Below are positions 53,111-64,000 of a DNA stretch of 64,000 bases, piece by piece (the first letter of the stretch is position 1; the number at the start of each line of letters is the position of its first letter). Origin of the DNA: Octopus sinensis (Eukaryota); assembly GCF_006345805.1 (NCBI RefSeq), contig NC_043012.1, positions 31,496,001 through 31,560,000 of the forward strand, written 5' to 3'. A program made the translations under genes and the position numbers. The notes beneath the pieces are model-generated. The model saw only the letters and a list, made by a program, of their open reading frames with translations. It had not been told where the DNA came from and ran no database searches.

Positions 53111-53364
53111 TATCTGCACACACCCGACTCCAAATACTGCGCATATACACTCATACTTGCAAGAACACCCTGTTGATGTTGATGAAATTGTAATGAAGAA
53201 TCCTTGAATCTAAGTTAGAAGCTGACTTTTCTATTGGCAAGAAACCTTGAATAAAAACCGAATAATGACATACATACATATACACATATATATATACACC
53301 ACACGTACACAAACACATTTATTTATAAATAAGTAAATTATGGTTTCGAGTTTTGCCACAAGGG

Positions 53365-53535
53365 TAGCAGTTTTAGGGGTGGTGATGAGTCGATTACATC
53401 GGCCCCAGTGTTTCACTGATACTTAATTTATTGACCTTGAAAGGATGAAAGGCAAAATCGACCTTGGTGGAATTTGAACTCAAACGTAGCGACGGGCGAA
53501 ATACAGCCAAACGTTTCGTCCAGTGCACTAAAGAT
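53365..53535 (-). mobile_element. SINE family A-related copy
   Basis: GAAAGGATGAAAGGCAAAATCGACC...GAAATAC...GCCAGCTCG core. Confidence 0.75.
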
Positions 53536-53707
53536 CCCGCCAGCTCGTCGCCTTAAATACAAGTAAATAATGGAATGCATATGATCCACCGATCACTTTA
53601 CTGTCTTCAACATTTCTATCACTCTTAGGTTTCAGATACTGGTAGAATAGTTGAGGGGTGTGGCTTTTCAAAACATGGCTATTAACAGGTTTTAGAAACT
53701 AGTAACG

Positions 53708-54036
53708 GGTACTACTAACGAACAGAGGTCCCGGTACGCGCACACGCGTACTCGCGCATCCGTGCTAGCTAGTCGTAAGTAGTCGATCCTACAACGACTT
53801 TTTATCTCTAACCCTAAACCTAACCCTAACCTTAACCCTAAACCTAACCCTAAACCTAACCCTAAACCTAATTTTTTAAACCCTAACCCGAAACCTAATC
53901 TTACCCCTAACATTAGTTTGTTTATAAAAATAATTTATTTACTTAGTTTGAAAAATTATTTAGGATCGACTACTTACGACTAGCTAGCGCGGATGCGCGT
54001 GGGCGTGCACAGGGACTACTGTTCGCTAGTAGTACC
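53708..54036. mobile_element. MITE with 9 bp TSD (Mutator/MULE-like) and telomere-like core
   Basis: TSD CTAGTAACG (53699-53707, 54037-54045); TIRs 53708-53791 and 53961-54036 starting GGTACTACTA; internal CCTAAC/CCTAAA repeats ~53805-53911. Confidence 0.85.
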
Positions 54037-54936
54037 CTAGTAACGAAAAGGGGAACGATAAAACATAGTAAGGAGTTAAGATGCCTCACCACCTACGGTT
54101 GCTATTACTGTGTAACAGTAAAGAAGTCCTGGTTAAGCAAACGCAACGCGCCTCTTTCAACCCTCACTTAACTCTACTTTTTCATGTGAGTTGTTCAGTG
54201 ACACAGCAATATGTTTTAATAAATAAATTATCAGCTGACACCTGTCTCTTTTCAAGGTATGGTTAGCTGTTAGCTTCTCTGCGAGAGGCTCTTAAGTACT
54301 ATTTTTCGTGTGAGTGGTTCCGTGAACAGCACAACACTGTGTTTCTCTCAATAAATTACCTGACAACACCTGTCTTTTTGACACTTATGGTTAGCTTTTG
54401 GCTTCTCTGTGAAAAGCTTTTATTACTCTTTGATAGATTTCCACTAACCTCACTAACCCAGTCAGTTATATTGTTTGCACACGTTTAATAAGAAATACAT
54501 AGTTTATAAACGATGGTAAAACTGAATAAGTGTGCATTAATTGTCAACTATTTAATTAACTAATTATGTATATAATTTTTACCTCCTGTTTATTAATTTA
54601 GGTTTATACCCCACAGTCTGTTCCTTGTTGCTTTAATTCTGCTTTTATATATATATTAATAATTATCATGGCAGTGCATATGGATGTACTTCAACAATTG
54701 AATTCGTTCTTGAGCCTATTTGTACTTTAGACGTGAATAGTTATATTTTGTAAATAACAATTGTGTTTATATCTGTTATGTCAATAAACATGAAACACAG
54801 ACGAGAACACACACACACATACACACACACACATACACATCAGCACAAATGCGTGGTTTCAATTTTCCAATATAAATGCAAACACACAAGTATGTACACC
54901 TCGTATATTCACTCACTAGATTTCAAAAATATATAA

Positions 54937-55215
54937 TGCACCCTTTTCAATCCTAGCCAGGCTCACGGGCCCGGTTTCCCGGTTTCTATGGCGTATGTGC
55001 CCCCCCCCCCCAGCGTTACTCAAGAAACAGGAAGAAAGAGTAAGAAAAAGTTGGGGCGAAAGAGTACAATAGGGGTCGCCACCACCCTTGCCGGAACCTC
55101 GTGGAACTTTAGGTGTTTTCGCTCAATAAACACGCACAATGCCCAGTCTGGGAATCGAAACCGTGATCCTTCGACCGCGAGTCCGCTGCCCTAACCACTG
55201 GGCCATTGCGCCTCC
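54937..55215 (-). mobile_element. SINE family C
   Basis: Matches 23760-24036. Confidence 0.85.
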
Positions 55216-55748
55216 ATTATAATGCACTTACGCATCTTCAAGAGATTATTCAGACGTTACGCATAAAATATCAAGTGAAAACGCACAGCTTTATCAAGGC
55301 ATTCATGAATTCATTGGCTCAGTGTGCTTTTTTGCTTTTCATTGAGAAAGAACGATGGATTTTCATTTATGACAGTAAAGGGCGGAATTTCGGTTCCTTA
55401 TTCGTTGATGAACGAGCAAAAGAAATACGAAACTTTAGCAATGTGTCAGAACGATATTTTAGACTTAAATACACTATACAATTATCATTTCAGCACCAGA
55501 TGTTGAGACACAATTTGGGTCAAATATTCTATTGTATTATAAAAGAGAGGCTAACATAACCCTTTTATATATTCAATATCTCTCTCTGACACACAGTACG
55601 TGTACACATAGAAACACACGCACGCGCACACGCGTACAAGCAATCACAAACCACATTGATATTCAAGAGGAAATGTTCTACAAATAACAGTGCATGTTGC
55701 TTTATCTAAGACATGCAAACATAACTGAGCACGTAATACATACATACA

Positions 55749-55779
<31 letters not shown>

Positions 55780-56034
55780 GCACATACATAAATGCATACA
55801 TATATACTTATACATGTGTACCTATACGAGTGTGTATGTGTGTGTGCTGATAGTCTCCGTTTTTCTCGCGAGACTATGAACCTAGAAGGTTTCTCTCCAA
55901 GACATACGCCTGAGAAATGTTCTTCCTTGTATTAGTCTAGCAGTTCACCCTTCAAGCGTATCTCCCCTCTCCATGTATCAGATGTCCATGGCAAACGTCA
56001 AGATCAGACAGCTTGCAATTGGTGTAGTCGATAA

Positions 56035-56204
56035 GGAGGCGAGCTGCGTCCGTCTTTACACTCCGAGTTCAAATTCCGCCGAGGTCGACTTTGCCTTTCA
56101 TCCTTTCGGGGTCGATAAATTAAGTACCAGTTGCGTACTGGGGTTGATATAATCGACTGGTCCCCTCCCCGCAAAATTCGGGCCTTGTGCCTAGAGTAGA
56201 AAAG
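56035..56204 (+). mobile_element. SINE family A core with an alternative 3' tail
   Basis: Same core, but ends CCCCTCCCCGCAAAATTCGGGCCTTGTGCCTAGAGTAGAAAAG. Confidence 0.8.
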
Positions 56205-56328
56205 TATTGGTGTAGTCAAAGACTTTGCCCTCGCAACACACACACACAAAAACTCATATGACACCGGAAGGCATCCTGTTCGACGCTCGGAAACTTCTGC
56301 TAGTCTACTAAGGTAGATTGTAATGTTA

Positions 56329-56409
<81 letters not shown>

Positions 56410-56829
56410 CATATGTGAGTGTGTGTGTGTAAATGACATTGCGAATGACGTAATATCAAGAATATAATAATAATGATGATAATAATAATAATAATAATAA
56501 TAATATAATAATAATAATAATAATTATAATAATAATTTCTTTTTCTGTTGGACTCGCTCAAGATTTTAGGATATGACAAGATCGAAAAGGAGATTCGTTA
56601 TTGTGGTTTTCATATCGACCAAAATGAAGTAATAAAAAAGATACACTAATAATAGAAATTTCAGCAAGAACTAATAGAGAGAAGAACTCTAACAGCAATT
56701 AGGAGCATATGCAACAGAAAGGCCTTCATTATTCTGCAGCATTCAAATGATCAAAAATGCTTTCAACCCATTCTAGTGGCAGACCCGTTCGAAAGTATGG
56801 GCCCGTTCAACCTCGCCAGTCTTTAGCTG

Positions 56830-58080
56830 GAACTGACCCAACTTGCCCTTCGTTAAACACTAGAAAGCAGCGCTTCCATTTCTATCCTTTTCTTCTTCAA
56901 GTACCACTTTAAGTTAATGAGGGTTTTGTCTGAAATGGGAATGACTATCTTTAAAACCCTTCAGACAAGGCTCCCCGCACAACTTTTGTCATAGCTAATA
57001 TATACAGGAAGATCAACAGCTCTTCCCTGTCTATATACGCCATCAATTATTTGAGGCAAGTTCGTAAATCGGAAATGCACAGACAAAATGCAATAATATG
57101 CTGAACGATTTCATCGTCCAATGTGCTTAGGTGTTTAGGTTAGGTGCGACAGTTTTTAGTGCTGTGACTGTAGAGATTGTCTCGAACAAGTAACGCTCGT
57201 GGATAGCGCTACAATGCCAGTGATTTTTGTCAGTTGTCCTGTGTCAACGACTTGAAAGTTTTCCAGAAGTGGTTGTTTTCCTAGATGCCCTGAGGTGTCC
57301 CCACATCATCGTTGCTCAGACCGTCCACTACTTTCACCGAATGTGTGAGTCGTTTTCCCATGACCGAAGACATTGACTATTTCGCTGAGTGCTGTGAATT
57401 CCTGACAATATTGTAGATGTCAAACACCACCCCCAGTCCACGCCAGAATCACGACTGCACTTCCATAAAGAGACGAGCTACGGAAAGTTGTGTCACACGA
57501 AATGCCTCCACGCCAGTTCATCTTCGTTTTTGTCATCATCGAAGAGGTCAAAATTTTGCTGCAGTTGCATCAGCTTGAGTGTAAGCTTGTGTATCATTAG
57601 CAACGCCTTCCTAAGACTACCACAGAATGGAAGTTGGCAGCGGAGGATTTCCTGAATAGTAGAAGCTCACTCTCATAAGAAGCTGAACAGCAAGCGTTCC
57701 AGTCTGTTCATATAATTATTGGGACAGTGTGTGACGATCTGGCGGTTGCATACGACTGAGGCGATTTAGATATTAGCAGTTACTGACCAACAATTAAGAG
57801 AAAACTTCCTCTTGACTTATTTCTGAGCGAGATTGTCCACTCTGCTCCCAAGTTTTTACTTGGCCTCAGGTTGAGACTGAATCAGAAAGGTAGGTCCTAA
57901 TCAAACTCTGAGGACATTAATAGGGCCCTCGGCCCACCTATAAAAAGAGCTGCCTGTCCGCTGAGACTTGCCTCTCCAGGTGCCGAGCTCAAGATCACCG
58001 ATTTCCACTTTTGATGTGTGCTTCTGTACAATTCTTGCACTCATCCAGTATGCGTCAATGAAAGGGAATGGAAGTCAAAT
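56830..58080 (-). pseudogene. Decayed Tx1/L1-like ORF2 (post-RT/C-terminal region)
   Basis: Remnant peptides LGTWRGKS, RVDNLAQK*VKRKFSL, RLERLLFSFL and YLKKKRIEMEALLS recall Tx1 ORF2; many stops and frameshifts. Confidence 0.5.
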
Positions 58081-58602
58081 ACTGAGGTCGGTGGTTACAA
58101 CTAATCCTCTCAACTCAAAACTGCTGGCTTAGTGCCTAAATTAAAAGTTGTTTATTGAACTTACTTAACACTGATGAAGATTAGATAATAAGTAATGGAT
58201 TTGTCACCAGTATATTTACATTTCAGGCTTGTGTTTTGCATTCAGATTTTGCTTGTATCTGACCGTATTTGTTGGGTGGGATTTTGTTATTTCCAAAGGT
58301 AGCTGCTTGAAAAAACGCGCACTCGCACAAAATTGCACCTATCTTGTTGCAAAACTGTAGAATACAGTCTGGAACATACGTAGATATTTTGTTATGCATA
58401 AAGTTGTGCGCATTCGTGCGTGTAATTGTGTTGTGTCATTTTATGACCCCCTGAGTTATCTTTGTAAGAAATACAGATCGATGAAATATGCGCGAGACTA
58501 AAATTAGTATTGCTGTCGATATAATCGAATAAAAGTCATAACAGTATGACCGCAGTTCAATGATTGATACTTCTTAAAGAATAAAAGAATAAATCAATAT
58601 AT

Positions 58603-58698
<96 letters not shown>

Positions 58699-58967
58699 TT
58701 ATATTACACACACGCACATACTCGTATGGCATTTAAATATATATACATACATGTACAAATGTCTTTATGTTAGCATGCAGAAATGTCTTTATGTTGGCAT
58801 GCACATAAAATTGTCGTATGGTTTTGTCATTTAATGGTCTAAGAATGGAAAAATAAATTAAATTTTGTGACCGGAAAGTTATGTACGTTTCGTCCATAAA
58901 TCATTGTAACCTGTTTGAAGTCTGACTTGCTTTATAATAGTTTAATGTTTGAGAGGTATACACACAC

Positions 58968-59054
<87 letters not shown>

Positions 59055-61097
59055 GTATATATATATATATATATATATAAATTGACAGAGAGAGAGAGAG
59101 AGAGAGAGAGAGGTAGAGAGAGAGAGAGTAAGAGAAAGGGATGGAGACAAAAAAGGAGCGCGGAAAACAAAAGGGAAAGGGCATTTGTTTAAATTGCCGG
59201 AGAAAATGAGGCGTAGCGAATGAAAATGAATATTAAGTAAATAACCCATGAACTAATTATATATACACACACATACGCACAGAGAAACACACTCCTGGCG
59301 TATAGACCCACATACATACACTGAAGAACACATAGACACACTCACAAATATACGTTCATTCCTCAGTACATATGCACATATCACTGTGTGACAAAACTAT
59401 AATATTTTTTTTCTGTCTTTGTTCAGTAAGTGGTATTTCCTATTTCCTTCTACTCAGAAATCAAAGGAAACGACTACTATTCCCTTCAAACTTTGCTTTT
59501 GAGACCTGGACATCAATGTTTTGAAGCGGACCTATTTTGTATTACACTTCAGACATATTCAGCACTGAAGTCGCTGAAGCTGAGTTGCTGAAGCAGAAAT
59601 ATCGTTATAGCAAATATTCTGCTCAAGACCACGAATTTGTTTGTCAATTGTTTGATTTTAACCACTTGAGCATGTTCCTTAGTGGCTGACAATATGTGCA
59701 TCTCTGATCATAAGCAGGAGTAGTGGGGGAACATCATAGCCATGTGTTGAGTGGGATATTTTGGGGTTTGATAAATATAATAAAAGCAAAGTTTGGAGGA
59801 AATATTAGCCATTTTTCATACTTTCTAAGGGAAAGCAAATAGGAAATAGCAGTTACTGCCCAAGGACAAAAATAGGGTTATACAGTGTAATGGAAGTGAA
59901 CGAAAGATCCGTAATGCGAAGATAAGAATTAAACATGAAGCGGACACATGGAAACATGAGTACAACTGTAAGTAACAATGCAAGATGACTGGTACCAACT
60001 TTATCAAAGTTTCGCTTATGACTGTATCCATGATGCAGTGGTGAGCATCCAGAGACACACTAGTCGTCAACATCCGCGATATAAGAAACGGAGTGAGGGA
60101 AATGTTGTCGAGCTGTGAATCAGAGTCGACCTCGGCGGAATTTGAACTCAGAACGTAGCGGCAGACGAAATACTGCTAAGCATTTCACCCGGGAAGAATT
60201 ATTCGACACTATCCGCTCCCATACTTCACTGGCACTCCTCGTTTGGATTTGAACTCAGAACGTCGAGAACCGGAAGAAATTCCGCGAAGCATGTTTCCAG
60301 CGTTCTAAAGTTTCTGCAGATCCACCACACTTAATAAAAATTTGCAATTTAGGCATGAAAGCCAACAGTTTTTAGGAAAGGTATCTAGTCAATGACAGCA
60401 ACCCGTTGTACATGACATATACAGTATTTTTATTGAATCCGGTTTGATGAAAGTAAGGTCGGTCACAGTAGGATTTGACCTAAGAATGTCATGTGGAATA
60501 ATGTTAAAGCAGTCATGTATGTGTGCATGTGTGCTGGTGTATGTTGGCATGTATATCAGATGCTTAAATATTTATTTTTAAGCGTATATTCATATTTATA
60601 TTAAGTTATGTAATAGAACATTAGAGCATTAAACAGAGAAAAATATCGATATTGAAAGAAATAGAGTTGCATGCATGATAGAATTTCATAGAAACATTGC
60701 TTCAATGAATAAATCCTTGTTAATAAATTGGAAACGCAACAAATTCTGAAATAGTCAATCTAATGTTTAACAAAATTTATACTACAATAAATTCCGATAT
60801 TAACGAACTTAAAACTAAAAGTCAGAATATGGATGGTGCTGACCCTCACACGCGGACTAACTTAGAGTATGTGTAAATGGTTCTGTTGTTTTGTTCTCGA
60901 ACTGGAGTGGTGTGGTGTTGCATGCTAGGCTTCCGGTCAAAAAGCAACAACAAAACTAATAGAAAATAGATTAAGGCGGTACTCCAGTATGGCTGCAATA
61001 CTATCGTTAAAAGGATAAAAATACACACACACACACACACGCCTGTGTATGTGAGTTGATGTAAGATTCGTCGTTTCAATATTGTACAAGGCGAGAG

Positions 61098-61213
61098 GAC
61101 GACGAGCTAGTAGAAATGTTAGCACGCCGGGCGAAATGCTTAGCGGTATTTCGTCTGCCGTTACATTCTGAGTTCAAATTCCGCCGAGGTCGACTTTGCC
61201 TTTCATCCTTTCA

Positions 61214-61214
<1 letters not shown>
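61098..61214 (+). mobile_element. SINE family A, 3' part replaced by (TA)n
   Basis: Head and core match, then CATCCTTTCAGG followed by (TA)n. Confidence 0.8.
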
Positions 61215-61285
<71 letters not shown>

Positions 61286-61326
61286 GACTTACCGCTAAAA
61301 GTGGACGGTCAACATGCTAGATATAT

Positions 61327-61590
61327 ACGTCAAATCGCTATTTTCCACGAAGAATGTGTTCTCAAATAAAAACTCAGCACAAACCAAAGCGTAAAAAATA
61401 AGCAAGACAAATGAAAATATACGAAATAATAACGATTACCTATGTACCGATCAGTTTCGATTGTTAATATCCACGCATATGGATACGTGGAAATCTGCAA
61501 TCTCATCAGCATAGTCTGTCGTATTTAAACACAATTGTGCTGAGTTTTTATTTGAGAACACATTCTTCGTGGAAAATAACGATTTGACGT
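61327..61590. mobile_element. MITE with ~56 bp TIRs
   Basis: ACGTCAAATCGCTATTTTCCACGAAGAATGTGTTCTCAAATAAAAACTCAGCACAA and its near-perfect reverse complement at 61535-61590; TA-rich flanks. Confidence 0.75.
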
Positions 61591-61900
61591 CTATATCCAG
61601 CATGTATATAAGTAAGTTGGTTTTGATGTCAAAATTGGAAAATCCATCTTGTTCGTAAAAAGATTTTAACCTGGGTTTGCACCCCAAAAGCAAATTTCCT
61701 TCACGGGCACAATGGCTTTCGCAGTACTGGCACATTTGTGATATTAAACTAAACATGTAATGAAATTCGTAAATTGGGCATTAGAATTAGGAAAATACAT
61801 GCAATGACAGGTAACTTCCACATCAACTATGACACTGACGAAAGCTATGTTAAATGCAAAGTGGGTTGCTGTTTATGTACGAGGAGTACATAAACACGTA

Positions 61901-62268
61901 TACTCTTTTATTCTTTTATTTGTTTCAGTCATTTGACTGTGGCCATGCTGGATCACCGCTTTTAGTCGAGCAAATCGCCCCCAGGACTTATTCTTTGTAA
62001 GCCTAGTACTTATTCTATCGGTCTCTTTTGCCGAACCGCTAAGTTACCACACCAGCATCGGTTGTCAAGCGATGTTGTGGGGACAAACATAGACACACAT
62101 ACATATATACATATATACGACGGCTTCTTTCAGTTTCCGTCTACCAAATCCACTCGCTTTGGTCGGCCCAAGGCTATAGTAGAAGACACTTGCCCAAGGT
62201 GCCACAGAGTGGGACTGAAACCGGAACCATGTGGTTGGTAAGCAAGCTTCTTACTACACAGGAACTCC
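61901..62268 (-). mobile_element. SINE family B
   Basis: Match to the other copies with small deletions. Confidence 0.88.
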
Positions 62269-63344
62269 TGCGCCTATATGCATAAACGAGAGCGAAAGAT
62301 GTACCCGTGAGTTCTGTTGTGATACACACACCAGCGAGTGCAAATTTAACCAGAAACATACACGAGCAAGAACACGCGCATGTATACAACGACATGCACA
62401 CATATATACACATCAAACAATCTAGGTAACCAGAAACCCCAATAAATATTTTGAATCTAAGAAAAGAGCTTTGCCGTTTGGTCAGCAACTGGCTAGAATT
62501 CTGCTATGGAAAGAAAGGAAAAACAGCTTAAAATAATCCTACACACACATATCTGCAATGTTTGTACATGTGGATGTGTGTATACGTGCGCGCGTGTCCA
62601 TTATTATTTATTGTATATTTGTGTTTGTATGTGTGCGTATATAAGGAGATGGACCGAGAGAGAGCGAGAGAGAAGTTTAAGAGATAGAAAGATAGAGAGA
62701 AGGCAGAGAGATAGAAGGACAGAGGAAAGGCCGAGACAGAGAGAAGAGAGTGACATAGAAAGACAGAGAAAAAGACTTATCGACGACACAGCACGACTAT
62801 AGCAGCGTTGATAGAAAACTTCCGGCACAGAAAACGCGTGATGGGCGACGCCCTTTATTTGGCAGGTTGATAAACATTCTTCCAACAGTTACATTTCTAT
62901 ACTCATTTTATACACAAGATAGACATGCACACACTCTGTCTCACACACACAAACACGCACGCAAACACATTGGTTCTCAGGCGCATATTACAAAGCGGGT
63001 TATTTAGAGAATGCGTTTCCATTAGTCACTTGAATGTTTCATTATTGCTTAGTTACAGAGAACGAAAGAATTGTTGACTATATTGTGTGGCAATAAATTT
63101 ACTTCTACTCCGACCATGATGGACATCAACTACATTATTTATTGGAGATCTACTTTTGAATATATTTACTTAAACATTCCACCACATCTCCCCGCCTCTT
63201 TAAGTTTCCATTCTTTCTTTCCACAGCTCTCTGAAACAATTATAACATATACTGTGAGTTTTGCTTGTTTGCTTGTCTCTTCCTTTACTTATCCCTTTCT
63301 TGCTGTGTTTTGCACATTTACACACACACAAGCACACAGACAGA

Positions 63345-63390
<46 letters not shown>

Positions 63391-63652
63391 GGACAGACAG
63401 ACACACACACACACACACACTCGCAGTCACGTGTGCGCACATATATATTGTATTTCTGCACTTGCTATACATATACACACAAACGTAAAATTCTATAATT
63501 ATAAGCATAATTATAATTAGGGTTCAGCAAAAATCGCTTCCCCACATAACAAAATTTAGAAATAGCAGTTAAATACTATTTAACTGCTATTTCTGGAATA
63601 GTATTTAAGTGCTATTTCTAAATTTCGGTATGTGGTGAAAGGGTCATAAAGC

Positions 63653-64000
63653 GAACCATTTCTGCATCGTATTGTTACGTGTAATGAAAAATGAGTTCTT
63701 TTCAACAATAGCAAGCATTCTGCACGGTGGTTGTGTAGATACGAAATGCCAAAACAATAAAAAAAATATATATTCACCAAAAAGAGCTAATAGTTTCTGT
63801 TTGGTGGTCCAGCGCTGGTATCATCCACTACGGCTTCATGAGACCTGGTAAGTCATTTACAGCGGATGTATACATCAACCAATTGCGTGAAATGATGAGT
63901 GAACTTGCAATTAAACAACCGAGATTTGTCAATAGATACAGACCAATTCTTCTGCAAGACAATGCTTGACAACATGTGGCACAAAAATGCTACTCAAGTT
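63653..64000 (+). pseudogene. Mariner transposase fragment (runs off the window)
   Basis: EPFLHRIVTCNEK*VLFNN, HQKELIVSVWW, ILLQDNA*QH motifs with stops. Confidence 0.85.

Overview
AT-rich, microsatellite-saturated animal non-coding DNA with one 100-N gap (25224-25323). The SINE families and repeat load look like an octopus/cephalopod genome (recognition from memory, not verified). No host protein-coding exon can be called confidently, and nearly all ORFs in the supplied track are translations of (TA)n/(CA)n/(TCTA)n/(AAT)n repeats. The window is a transposon mosaic: a decayed Tc1 with long TIRs, two mariner remnants, MITEs, a Helitron-type non-autonomous element, RTE, CR1, R4/Dong, CRE and Tx1/L1 LINE fragments, and several SINE families. 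Two things stand out. (1) Two diverged ~1.7 kb retroelements (12594-14329, 14727-16348) are each bounded by their own TSD, carry only an ORF1/Gag-like CCHC protein with no RT or endonuclease, and end in the same 3' tail as the abundant SINE-A family, suggesting a HAL1-like 'ORF1-only' parasite of a Tx1/L1 LINE. (2) There are several unrelated hammerhead-ribozyme motifs in Penelope-like/non-autonomous repeats, often as head-to-head inverted pairs, one of them behind a tRNA-derived Pol III head. All structural folds and alignments were done by eye and novelty was not checked against any database.
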